A stretch of DNA of 63,204 bases, filler included, from Reticulomyxa filosa (lineage: Eukaryota > Protista > Foraminifera), in NCBI GenBank assembly GCA_000512085.1. It is 15 parts of 15 records of this genome, joined end to end, with 100 filler letters (N's around TTAATTAATTAA, not from the genome) between each part and the next. Parts side by side here need not be neighbours in the genome. Positions count along the whole stretch, not along the records: positions 25,368 to 27,482 come from ASPP01006406.1; positions 27,583 to 29,193 come from ASPP01002589.1; positions 29,294 to 34,280 come from ASPP01005372.1; positions 34,381 to 35,858 come from ASPP01002213.1; positions 35,959 to 38,483 come from ASPP01029471.1; positions 38,584 to 41,228 come from ASPP01026063.1; 9 more parts are not named here. One strand, written 5' to 3'. A program made the position numbers and the translations under genes. The notes below the pieces were generated by a model that saw nothing but the letters and a program-made list of their open reading frames with translations, did not search any database and had not been told where the DNA came from. This document shows positions 27,062-39,588 of this stretch, piece by piece; the stretch's first letter is position 1; the number at the start of each line of letters is the position of its first letter.

Positions 27062-27482
27062 TCACAAAAAGTATTCCGGAGGGGGTTTTTTCTCAGGTGC
27101 GCCATGAGATTCATCTGGCGCAGCATTGAATATTTTGAAAGAAGAGTTGAGATGTTCATCCAGTTCCATAATTGCCGCAACGTTGCCACATCTTCGCAAA
27201 AAAAAAAAAAAAGGGGGGGTTTTTTTAAAAAAAAATAAAATGAGAGAGTGTAATAAAACACATGGACGCATCAAAGAACCTGTAGCAATAGTTGGGTGCC
27301 GACCAAACGGTGACAACAGCGTCATCAAATATATGTTTATAGCCCTCCATGACCAGCTGATGGGCTCTACAAATTTTGTCGACTTTGTTGATATGTCCAA
27401 ACTGTTGAACAACTGATTTTCCAAACAAATAACCAGCCCCTCGCGGACTTATGCCCCAGCCTTCAATTTCCTCTGGGTCAGA
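27062..27482 (-). CDS. PPP4C: Ser/Thr phosphatase PP4 (PP2A-family) catalytic subunit, 3' part
   Basis: [53 protein letters not shown]-terminal KKPPPEYFL. Confidence 0.88.
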
Positions 27483-27582
27483 NNNNNNNNNNNNNNNNNN
27501 NNNNNNNNNNNNNNNNNNNNNNNNNNTTAATTAATTAANNNNNNNNNNNNNNNNNNNNNNNNNNNNNNNNNNNNNNNNNNNN

Positions 27583-27632
27583 TCATCATAAGATATGTTT
27601 TAGGCGTTCAGTTTTCTTTGCAACCTACTGTA
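27583..27632. mobile_element. Tc1-type TIR tip at contig start
   Basis: TTTTAGGCGTTCAGTTTTCTTTGCAACCTACTG+TA, one mismatch to 8871-8905. Confidence 0.8.
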
Positions 27633-29293
27633 TATGTTTACATCATTCAATAGATAATATTCAATTTTGAGTATTTTTAACTGTGGCATTAATCCTTTCA
27701 CATCATTAATGGAATCAATTTTTTACATTTTTCAGATTTAAATATATTAAATTTGGAAGTATTAAATGCATTTATTATTACCAATGCTTACATCGATTTG
27801 TGTGCTTTGTCCAGTATTGCAATAAATAAATCTATGTGTTCATTTGCATATTTCAAGATTTAAATTTTGTTTTTGTATCATTGTTTATCCAAAGTAAGTA
27901 TATTCATATACAAACCCTTTTCTAAAGCCTCTCCAGCCTACACGTATATAAATTATAAACTGTATTGAAAAGGAGGTTGACCATGATTTGTTTCAATAAC
28001 ATTGGTCTTGTGCAAAACATGAGTAATGGTATCTTACGCGTTTCAGCCTTTTTTCAATCCATTCAAGAAAAAAATATGTAAATTTAACAATTTGAATGCC
28101 ACAAAAGATATTTAAAAAGATTTGTTTAATAGAATATGTATCAGACACGATCAAAGCAAAAATTAAAAGATCATCCATATTTGATAAAAAAAAAAAGTTA
28201 GACATTCTGGTGTTAGACAAGAAATAAAAGAGGTAGATGCAGAACTTGTTGTAAATGCAAAAAATGGACAGATTTGATGAAATTGCAAATACTGCAAGTT
28301 GTTCCAATGTTTAATATGTTTGATTGTTTGTCTTGTCTTGCATGGGAAGGATATCATTGAAGATGAAGACTTTTATTGATCATCTGCAAGGTTAATTGCT
28401 GACAATTTCAATGAAATTAAATAAAAGTCAACTTTGAACGGATATGCTATTGCTTTTAATGATATTTAATGAAGGATTAAAATATAAAAATTACATGTTC
28501 ATAAACTTATGTGTTGTCTTATCAATCAAATGGAATAAAAAATGTTTGTTATTTGAAATTGAGTAATGACAATCCAAATAAAAAAATAAAAATGTCCAGT
28601 ATTTAAATAAGAAGAATATATTTGATTGAAGAAGATTATTTTAAAAAATGATAGAAATAACATATCTTAAATTCCTAAAGTTAAAAATGAACAATATAAA
28701 TCAATGACAGTAGTTGTGGTATTAATTTGTGCTATAGGGATAATCTCATTTTTTTCATTAAAAAAAAAAGATTTGTTGTTGGTAAGCATAAGTTCATTTA
28801 ATATTTTCTCCTTTTGTTTCAATATCACTATCATTTATACGCTTTTTCCAACTCTTTCTTTTCCATAGATACTCACCGTGTTGTACGTGTCAGAGATTAC
28901 CAACTGATTCATTGTGTCCTTTCAAAGGCAATGCGAGCTTTGAAGTCCTTGCAAACAAAAAATATAATACGTTTCTGGACTTGTAGTTTCAAGATATGAA
29001 AAAGAGAACGTTGCATCGAAACAGATACAAATTTATCTTATAAAACTTGTAATTTTTTTTTGGAAGGAGAGAGAAAATCTATCAAGGATTTTTTTTGTAA
29101 GGATAAAATTTGGTTCATGATTTTGTATGAACTTCTATATGCTTGCTTTTTTTTTTTTTTTGGTTTGTTTTTCAAAAACAGATATATACTAACNNNNNNN
29201 NNNNNNNNNNNNNNNNNNNNNNNNNNNNNNNNNNNNNTTAATTAATTAANNNNNNNNNNNNNNNNNNNNNNNNNNNNNNNNNNNNNNNNNNNN

Positions 29294-29543
29294 AAAAATT
29301 TCTTATTTTCAATAAAGGTTCAATTTATATGAAGTCCTTCGAAATTTTTAAAAATCATTTAAAAAAATGATATTTTTGATCAACCTAGAAAAAACTTATC
29401 ATAAAACCAATTTAATATTTTAAAACTACAAGATTAGTAGATATTTTTAAAAAAATTAGTTTTAAGTCTTTATTTTTCATGGAGAAAATCGATTCTCTAT
29501 ATAGTGCCATTTAGGTATGGCGGTTTTTTTTGCATCTACTGTA
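29294..29543. mobile_element. Tc1-type TIR (related subfamily) at contig start
   Basis: AAAACTACAAGATTAGTAGATATTTT, TTTTCATGGAGAAAATC, ends TTTTGCATCTACTG+TA. Confidence 0.75.
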
Positions 29544-30074
29544 TGTGTAGATATTTCATAATATAGATTTACAATTTTATTGATCAGCCAATTTGGACAA
29601 AAAAAATATCTTTTTAATTAGTTGTTATTGACAACTTTTAAGTGAAGCTTTCATATAACAAATAATAAAAAGTAAAAATTTCAAATTTTCGTTAAAACAA
29701 TTCTATAAATATAATAACGTTTAAAAGCAATTTGTTGACTTATCATTAATACAAAACAACTTTGTGTAGACGAATTTTAATTTGTAATTAGATAATACTG
29801 CATTAGCATTTATATCAATAAATATTCTTATTTCTGACAAGTAGTTATCATTTTTCTTCACTGCTGATACATGATAATGTTAACACATCTTTCAGACTGT
29901 ACCACTTTTTTAAAAAACAGGTAAAGAGCTGCGCTATTTAAGCTTTGCTTATAAGCACAAAAGGTCGAACTACGTTAAATATTAATATCTTGTCAACAGC
30001 AGAAACTCATCTTACAAACAAAGTAAAATTTATGCAACATCTATATCACTCAATACTTATAAAAAATGTTTTTT

Positions 30075-30270
30075 GTTGATTATATGAGCGACGTCATACA
30101 ATTACACTTCATTCTGGTGAAACATTCACACGTGCAACTGTGTCAGAATTTTCTTCTAAATTCTGTGTTTCATGTCCAGATCTTACGTCACACAAACAAA
30201 TTGTGCTATCTTTTGAACAAGATATAATATTTGTCAATCTGGAAATATTTCAAATCAATTGCACCACTTG
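30075..30270 (-). pseudogene. Decayed WD40 paralog fragment
   Basis: Minus strand reads DLKYF..SCSKDSTICLCDVRSGHETQNLEENSDTVARVNVSPE*SVIV*, parallel to the last repeats of the 30666 gene, with stops and a frameshift. Confidence 0.7.
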
Positions 30271-30665
30271 AACGTTTATATTTTCTTTTTTTTTGTTGGC
30301 TGTTTTTTTGGAGCTCCTTTATTCTTTTTAATCAATTTAAATAAAAAAAAAGTTAATATGTCAATTATTTTTTTCCGACAAAAAAGGAAATAAATGATAA
30401 ATTTTTTTAAAAGCGTTGCAGGTTTCAGTGGCTTGAAACTGTTCCAAATTTTTAAAATCTGATTCAAAGCGCAGTTCAACAGAAAACAGAAGTTGCCAAT
30501 TGTATTAGCAATTGGATTGTTTCCCGCTAGTTGAAGTATTTTCTCAGTATTTTTTTGTTAACAGTAAGTCACCAGAATTTGGTGTTTGAAAGTTCAAAGT
30601 TTGTGTTTTAATCCTCCAAGATTACGTTTCATTCTTCTGACACAACGAAAGAAAAAGTAAAAGTA

Positions 30666-31837
30666 ATGGATACTCTAACACCGCAATTGGTAATCTTCAT
30701 CTCATATCAGGAATATATCTTTATCTTTGTCTTTGCCACCAAGCCAACCTTTTGTCGAACTGAAGAATTAATCAAACAACAGCTAGAGAAAGATATGAAA
30801 ATAATAATTCAAAATTGGCTTCGAATAGCGAATGTAGAATTAGGATGGATTGATGATTTTGACAAAATTGTTGTTAAATATGTTAAGAATGAATTTAAAT
30901 AATTGGTTATGTCTATTTTTTGTTACATCATTTCAATAATAAAAAATAGGCCAGACATTTTCAATTGTTACGAATTTTAGAAGGACATGAAGACGAGATA
31001 ACAAATGTAAAATTTTCAACTGATGGTCGAATGCTCGTTTCAACATCAGCTGATCAAACAATTCGAATATGGGACGTTGTATCAGGTAAACAAATTCAAG
31101 TGTTTGTTGGTCACCTTGAATGGATCTTTGCTGCAGAGTTTTCACCAGATGAACATACTATTGCTTCGTGTTCAGTTGATACAACAATTCGTTTATGGAA
31201 TGTAAAATCAGGGGAACAAATGGGACAATTTAAAACGGATGCAGATGCCGCATCGATATTGTATGTGAATTTTTCTCCAGATGGTCAAACTCTTGTATCA
31301 GGTTCAGCAGATAGAACAATTCGATTTTGGAATGTAAATTCTAAAGAAGAAATCCAAAGATTGGGAGGTCATTTGGGTGGTATAAGATGTGTACAATTTT
31401 CACTAGATGGCAAAATGATTGTATCAGCTTCTGAGGATCAAACAATTGGTATATGGGATGTGAAAACATACAAAAAATTGAAAGAATTAAAAGGACATTC
31501 TGATATTGTAAGACGTGCAAATTTTTCTCCAAATGGCCAGTTTGTTGTATCAGGTTCATGGGATAAAACTGTTCGGATATGGAATGTGGCAACAGGAACA
31601 GAATTGCAAGTAATAGAAAACGAAGATGATGTAAACGATGTGAAATATTTTCCAGACGGTCAAACGATTGTATCTTGCTCAGATGATGCAATAGTTTATT
31701 TGTGGGACGCGAAATCAGGACAAAAAATACAAGAATTAAAAGGACATTCCAAGCGTATATTAGGAGTAGATATCTCACCAAATGGCAGTACAATTGTATC
31801 AGGCTCTGGTGATTGTACAATTCGAATTTGGGGATAA
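30666..31837 (+). CDS. WD40-repeat protein with N-terminal helical exon module
   Basis: Exons 30666-30689, 30783-30881, 30950-31837 (phase 0); seven WD repeats. Confidence 0.92.
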
Positions 31838-33844
31838 GGATAACATTTTGGTTGATCGTTTCGTTGGATTCGAAACACACTTTATTGTGCTTTTTTTTGT
31901 AGTGACACAACAATTTACATCACCTTTGAAACAACCTCATTTATCATCTGTTCTCCATTTTAATAAGTCATAAATTAAAAAACACTCAAAAATACAATAT
32001 AATTCTGTTCAGTCACATTTACACTTTTCATTTCAATAATCACCTTTTTATTTCATAAGCAGAAAAATGTAATAATGAAAGTATACACTAGAAATGTTAA
32101 AAAAAATTTAAAGTGTTTTAAGATATGTCCTAAAATAAAATTAATAAATAATACTAATTTATAATTAATAATGGCTTTAAAAAATTGTCATTAAAATTTA
32201 GTTCAATGATAGAATTGCGATATCATTTTAATTTTATTCGAATGCACGAAACAGATTTTTGAAATTAGTGGTATTAGATGAAGCTAAAATGAAATATATG
32301 AGATGGAAAAGCTATCTACTGGATAAATAATACAAAACAAACATTTGGAATTGATAAAAGACTTATCACATTTTTATATCTATCAAAAGTTTTGGATCTT
32401 TGTTTTTTAGACTTTTTTTAATGGGTTTTAGTTGAAAATTTTAAGAAATCTAATTTTTGGAGTAGAATTTTGAAAAACTAACAAAAAAAAGGTTAAATCT
32501 GGTTCTATTGTAGCGAGACTACTTACGTCACAATGGAGTCAGTATGACTCCAAATATACACAGTTGTTTTCGTTTTTTTAATTTAATTTCCAGAAACGCC
32601 TTCTTACTTTCTTAAAACGTGTTTCTCCGCTCCGGGTTCTCTACACTATGCAAAGACTAAAATCTCGTGACTGTATGTCATTGAATCCAAAAATGTGTAA
32701 AGCAGAAATAGTATATGAATTTGTTAGTAATTAGCTTCTAGTACTGTCGTCAAGTCTAACACACTAACTGCTTAAAATTCTTTTTCTTGCATAAATTACA
32801 AGATTAAGTTCGATATGATAATCATAACTCTGTCAAAGTTTAAGACAATTTCATATTCTTCACAAAGGAAACTAACATTAAGAGGAAAAAAAAACAAAAA
32901 CGGAACTAAGCCCTTTTTGTGATTTCGCTCCATTCAGATATTTTTGCCATTTTGTTTTCTACCAAATTAATATAAACTTGCTGCATTTCAGTTTTTATTT
33001 TACCACATTTTATGCCAATTCCAACTTTCACACTTGTTTGTCTTTCATCGATAAAGGGGGTAAGTAAATAAGGTTAAAAACAGTCCTTCTTTGAGCAATA
33101 TTTCCATTGACATTTCTTACTCTTTTGACAATGCGATCGGTAAATGTTTTTATTGTGCATATTTAAAAGGTACAGCTTTATTTTGTTGAGATAATTTTAA
33201 AAAATTGACTAGAAAAGCAGACTTTCTCGAAATTTCTTTTTTACTTTTCACAATGATAACCGTTTCTTTCATACACAAGGAAAAAGAAACAAGTAATTCA
33301 CACAACTGTTTTCTGTTCAAAAATAACAATATTGGTTTGTATTATATCTCAGACTTTATTTGTTCAAACTTTTAATTTTTTTGACTACTCACCACTGACA
33401 ATCAACAAGTAATTGAACAGTGTAAATATTGTCATTGTTTTCATGAAATTGTTGCAAACAATGTCTAACCATTACATTAAAAATAAAAGATTTGCATTGA
33501 ATTGCTAGTACAAATATGTTGATATACTTTGAAATATTTATTTTGTTTAATTCAATTGAAGACAATATTCTGCCGCCTTTTCTCAAAAATGTTGTTGGTT
33601 GTTAAGAATCATTATTCTAACAGATAATGCTTGTATGATCTCTTTTTTTTGCTTGAGGAAATGTTATGAAAAAACTGTGTCATTTAGTTGTTGCAAGCAA
33701 CACTTGCCTTTTAAAACATATCGAATAAAATTTTCAGTTCACAAGAGTTTTTTTTGCCGGAGAAAGATGGGAAGGGGGCCTGGATAATAAATTTATATAA
33801 TTATAGCAATCTTTTTAGCTAATTAAATTCCACAATACATCAAT

Positions 33845-34246
33845 ATGTCTTTTAATTGGTTTCTCGTGGTGGTAGCGGCAGTAATAAGCATATGCTTGGT
33901 GATTGGCATTGTGATAGTGATGGTGTACTACGGCCACCCGGACGATACCATTGGAGCATGGTTTCCGAAAATTGTGGTCGTTAAGTGTCACGAGATGTTA
34001 TGTGCAAGCTGAATAATGAGTGCAAGATGAACATAAAAAAGGGGGACATAAAAAAAAAAAAAAGTTGCTATCGCAATACGTTGCATTTGCCAACGTCCTA
34101 CTATTGCCACTGGATATCGCGAATTCTCGAACGGCAGGTGGTTTGCACATAAACCTTGTATGGGATATTGCAGTGTGGGCAACCGCGGTATTATTATTTG
34201 TAATCATTCCATTTGCGTACTTTTATTATGAAAGCGACAACGACCC
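33845..34246 (+). CDS. LMBR1/LIMR-family membrane protein, 5' part
   Basis: MSFNWFLVVV..VYYGHPDD..AWFPKIVV / VLLLPLDIAN, IIPFAYFYYESD; intron 33980-34064. Confidence 0.9.
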
Positions 34247-34380
34247 GTTTTGTTTTGTGTATAGCGTATACGTTTTTTTTNNNNNNNNNNNNNNNNNNNN
34301 NNNNNNNNNNNNNNNNNNNNNNNNTTAATTAATTAANNNNNNNNNNNNNNNNNNNNNNNNNNNNNNNNNNNNNNNNNNNN

Positions 34381-34424
34381 AAGGTGGCGTTTTAGGTGTC
34401 AACTTTCTTTTTTATCTTACTGTA
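34381..34424. mobile_element. Tc1-type TIR tip at contig start
   Basis: AAGGTGGCGTTTTAGGTGTCAACTTTCTTTTTTATCTTACTG+TA, close to 11848-11890. Confidence 0.8.
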
Positions 34425-36151
34425 GTTAAAAGAGTAAATAGTATAAAAATACAGTAATCAAAAATAGTTAAAGAAATACCATATGGTTAAAAATCTAGAA
34501 GCAATTTTTGTAAATTTATACACTAACTGCGATTTAATTATTGATAATGAAAACATTATATCAAGAAATACTTGATAGTATTTTTTAAAATAAATACAAT
34601 TAATATGATCTTTGAATACAGTATAAATAATTATTCAATATAACTTTGCGTTAATTAACTAATAAATGATGTTCACTAAATGTAAATGAATTCAATGCAA
34701 TATTATCAAATGATTGTGACTATATAATATTAAATAAGAAATATTTGATTATATGTCTTGAAGTATATGTACATTTATAAATTTAATGTAGTGATATGTA
34801 AATAATGGACTCAATCCATGACTAATCAGTGACGATGATGAGTTGCTAAATTAAACATAGTTGTAATTCATGAGCTTTCGTGCGCGCATTATTTGCCACT
34901 TATGATTGACAATTATCACAGAATAATCTTAATACAATAGATATCTGGAACATCATACTCATTGATGGCAATATATTATGACAATATATAATTGAAAATT
35001 TATAGATATCAGAATCATATTTGTTGAATATCGCATTGATCACGAACTGCAATAAGTGAGAATTATCAATCTTCCACAATGTGATCTGTAATGATTAATC
35101 AAATATTATATGTAAGTATCATTGTATCAATATTTGTGTTAATGTTTGTTGTGATCCAATTGATTGGATATTACAACTCCAGCAATTATGGCAAATATGG
35201 ACAAGCCATGCACATTCAATTACAGTATTTAGGAATGTACTTATATCACAGTGCAATCAAAATCCAACGATAACAAAATTTTATTTGATTTTAGATCATT
35301 GAAAATTGCAAAAGGTGATTTATTGCATCATTGCAATTTGTATTTGGAGCAATACAGTATCAGCTTCATGGATGCAACCACGGGATAATGTCGACATTTA
35401 CCAAACAATGGGACATAATTCATCGTTACCAAGTAAAGCAAATGTTACTAGCAAAAGTGAAAGCGCAAAACAATTTGATTAAATATGGAAGGACAAAATC
35501 AATTGGAAACAGTTCCAGTGACTCTTTAACGTTGTTATCAAGTAATATTAATCAAAAAAACATCGAAGTGGTACAAAAACAGTCAATCATCTGAATAATA
35601 CCAACAATAAAATGATGTTTGATAATCCAAATAAAAGAAGACTGTCAGTGGAAATTAATCTACAAGATAAAAAAAAATCCTTTTAAACCACGTCATCGTA
35701 TTAACTTTTGTCAAAAAGGTTGTATTTCGAAGGAGAAAAACGTTTGATCATTCGTAATCTAAGTTGTTTTAAAAGAAATTTTAAAATCGAGATATTAAAG
35801 ATCTCAGTCAAGAAATTGATCTCCGTTTCTTTAAGAGCAACAAGGCGCAAACTCCTAGNNNNNNNNNNNNNNNNNNNNNNNNNNNNNNNNNNNNNNNNNN
35901 NNTTAATTAATTAANNNNNNNNNNNNNNNNNNNNNNNNNNNNNNNNNNNNNNNNNNNNCACGTTGGTAAAAGTCATAAAGCCTAGTTACAACTACAAAAA
36001 AAAACAACAAACTCAATATCCCCCCTCTATCTCCTGTTGAAATGAAAAACTTCAAATTTTCAATGCAAAATATTCCAAGCGATTTGTAAAATTGTTTCCG
36101 CAGCTTATCACCCAATACTTTTTGTGCAACGAACATCAATCTTTTTTTTGT

Positions 36152-36718
36152 TCATAAAAGCGAAACATACAATTGAAGTTTAAGAAACCATTTGAAAGTA
36201 TAATGAAGTGAAATTGTAATTCTTAACGTAAGTTCAGATAAAATGGAATAAATTGTGGCCATTTTTTGAATGTGATTGACTTTTGTTGGCAGAAAAATAC
36301 TTTTCAAACGTGGATATCGAGTTTTGCGGTGTCCTCCATTTTTTTTCAATAGCGTGGCGTCGCGGATGGAATCGGTCATGTGAACTTGTGAAGACTCAGG
36401 GCAGTTTGTTTTCAAAACGGTGGCCAGCATCAATTGCAAGTTCTTCTTGTTTTTCGTGGCCTTGTGCAAGTCTTGCATCATGTCATGTTTCAACAGCGAT
36501 GAATATGCGCGGGACGATATTTCGCAACTATCGTGCAGATCACCTCGGCCAGCAACGGCAACTACTTTAGTCCTTCCGCGAAGCAATTGGGTACGATAGT
36601 CTGCTGTCAGTGTCAACATCTCCACAAGAATAGCTGGAAACAGTGTCGAAGAGTTTGGAAAAATATATCTCTTTTCTTTCAAAAAATTGCCAAAATTTTG
36701 AGTGGAGAACCCATTCAA
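36152..36718 (-). pseudogene. Probable decayed coding fragment, family not recognised
   Basis: GC-richer patch; protein-like text switches between frames (TQLLR / EGLK*LPLLAEVICTIVAKY / LLKHDMMQDLHKA). Confidence 0.3.
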
Positions 36719-37379
36719 GCTTATTTATTGTGCAATTACACCTAAATGCTACAAAGTTGGTTTATTTTCAACCGGTAAAAAGACCAAAAGTAAAAACAGA
36801 GGTATTATTCAAAAATTGTACAGGAAATTATAAAAGTGGTGAAGTGAATATTAAATTGTATTGCTGTTCTCTAAAATTGCTCCTCTTTGATGGAAATCCT
36901 GCCATTGCATACATTTTTAACAAAACCGTAACTAGTATGAATATAAGTGACTAAAAATATTTTAACACTAGAAGTCATTACAAATGTATTTTTTATTGTA
37001 AAGTTTATATTTTATTTGAAATAATATTACAAAAATACTTTTCAAATTACAATGATTGTTATGACCAAAGTACCCAATAAATTCGCACCACTTTGGTGTA
37101 TAATATGTGATTATATAATTTTCACGAAGCCCCATTCTTAAAAAGCTAATGCACATATTATAACTTTAAAAGAAGGATAGAAAAGATTATTCTTTAACCA
37201 AGAAGAAAAAAAAATTTAAAAAATTGGTGATGCAGCATTTGAAACGAGTCAAACAAAAATCCAACAAACATAAGACAGACATGCATATCAGCGATGTTCT
37301 TTCAAATAATATCTTGATATTTGTTAAGTCCCAAAAACGAATATTCCTATTTTCAGGAACGAATAAAAAAGACATAACT

Positions 37380-37800
37380 TGGACAATAGTGCCTTTGATG
37401 TTGTGACTGCATTTGGCCATTGCCATAGCTGTGGGCTCCTTCTTCTTATTCTTATTCTTCTGTCGCCATTCAAAATATGCATCGAGTGGTCATTATCTTC
37501 TTCCCTATGTGAAGATGTCGATCCACGATCACTTTAATTTCCTTGGCCACAGTCGTCAGACGTTTTGCTTATTGCGATGAAAACGAACAAATGCACTTAC
37601 AGCTGTCGCTTGTATATGTTTCCTTTCGACATGCATACAAGCGTCTGCTCGATAATGCCCAATCGTATGAATTTTCGCAAATGACATGTCTGCTCTTGTT
37701 CCAGTGTGTGTTTCGACGCTGGATAGACGTCAGTTTCTTTTCATCTTATGCAATCACGTCCATGATCGTCTGCTATCAATCCGTTCACTACATAGTGATA
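37380..37800 (-). pseudogene. Probable decayed coding fragment, family not recognised
   Basis: GC-richer patch with broken frames (LRKFIRLGIIEQTLVCMSKG, KRLTTVAKEIKVIVDRHL). Confidence 0.3.
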
Positions 37801-38012
37801 TTATCTTGTGAAAATTGAACAGAGATCACAACACCTGAATGATCTTTGATAGTATACAAAATGTAATTACATCTTATTTCAAATATTTTGAACTTTTTCA
37901 ACAGTTGTTAAAATATTTTATTTTCAAAGCACTTCATTGATTTCAAACTTAAAAAGTTCAAATATTGTTCATCTTACATCATCTAATTCAATCTCAAAAG
38001 TTTGCTGAAAGA

Positions 38013-38483
38013 ATGACTACTTTAATTAATGAAGAAAAAACATCTACAAAACAAGCATTGGTGAGATTCAATTTAATCATTCACAGCTATCTTTATACGG
38101 TCATTATATTCATTGTGTGTTTGTGATTGAGTCAGTCAGAAGAAAAAGAAATTCAAATTGTTATTGCATATTGGATTCGAATATTAAACATTAAATTAGG
38201 ATGGATCCAGGATTTCGACAGACTTGTTGTCGAATATGTTAAGTTTATTTGATTTTTTTTTTTTAATCAATAACAAATTTTTTCTGTTGTCTTTGCTCAT
38301 GTCTACAATTTAATACAGTCAACTAACTTCTACATGTTTGAGTTTTTTCGTTTATCATCCAAATTACTCAAAACTTTCACTGGACACAAAGACCACGTAA
38401 AGGGTATTGATTATTCAATATTTAATGGTAGTCAATTACTTTGCTCTGGATCATATGATAAAACAGTTCGTGTATGGGATGTT
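38013..38483 (+). CDS. WD40 paralog with helical exon module, 5' part
   Basis: Exon 38013-38060 MTTLINEEKTSTKQAL; exon 38136-38237; then SSKLLKTFTGHKDHVKGIDYS..LLCSGSYDKTVRVWDV. Confidence 0.88.
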
Positions 38484-38583
38484 NNNNNNNNNNNNNNNNN
38501 NNNNNNNNNNNNNNNNNNNNNNNNNNNTTAATTAATTAANNNNNNNNNNNNNNNNNNNNNNNNNNNNNNNNNNNNNNNNNNNN

Positions 38584-38908
38584 GAAATGTTTCAAATATA
38601 AAGATAGTAGACACCTATGTTAAATAAGCGTTTGAATATTCTGGTTAGTATTTAAAAAAATGAAAGAGCAAACAAACTAACATAATTGACAATAAGTTTG
38701 TCAAGTTCATTAATCCATCCAAATTTGATTTGCAATATTCGAATCCAATGTTGTACGATTACTTGAATCTTTTCTTCTTCAGACTGTTTAAATCACAAAT
38801 TACATACCAATAAATAAAACAACAAAAAAAAACTTTCTGAAAGCTTGAAATAAAGCTTACCAACGCTAATTGTATTGAAGTTCGCTTCTCATTGCCAAGA
38901 GTTGTCAT
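38584..38908 (-). CDS. WD40-family paralog, 5' exons only (not in ORF track)
   Basis: MTTLGNEKRTSIQLAL / SEEEKIQVIVQHWIRILQIKFGWINELDKLIVNY / VSTIFIFETF, same exon structure as its neighbours. Confidence 0.85.
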
Positions 38909-39588
38909 TTTGTTTTTTTGCTTAAGATCACTTTTGATGATGTAAATGGAAGATATTTTTTTTTCAAGGTAATGAAAGGGGCTTTCAAAAATATTTTTGA
39001 CAACATGAAATAGGATTTTAACAATTTATGTAATTTTTTTTTCAATGAAGACAAGACATTTTAAAAAAGAATTTGCCCAAAACTGGGTATGCACATATAT
39101 CAGAAGTTTTTTTAAAAGGTTTTCGACAAAAATGTTGAAAATAGTGTTTTGTAGTTTTTGATAATATTTGAAAACAACAAAGGAACTTGATGTGGAATAA
39201 TTTAACACAATTTTATAAGCTCTAAATGAGTTTATTTTTGTGTTTTCTTTGTTGGAATTATTTACTTCAACCAAAAATAGCATTGCACTCTTTGGAAAGA
39301 TTTTAAAAAATTAAATCTCTAAATAAACATTTGCAATAATCTTGAATACTTGTTGTAATTTCTTTCACACATTTTGACTGACAAAAAATAAAACAAAGCA
39401 AGATATTTTTTTTACTGAACCGAATTTTAAAAGGAAAAAAGTTCTTGAAAGCGATGCTTTTCAAACTATGACAAACATTATTTTATTATAATTTTCTTTT
39501 CGTCAAAGTGTTCTTGATAACCCTTTTGTCGGTCTTGAAAGAAAAAAGCTCAAACAGTTTTCCATTATATCATCTAGGACCTAAAAGA

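Noticed and set aside
27700-28400. Possible NACHT-type NTPase pseudogene (FDCLSCLAWEG)
   Set aside because: Only one short suggestive peptide, no Walker motifs visible.
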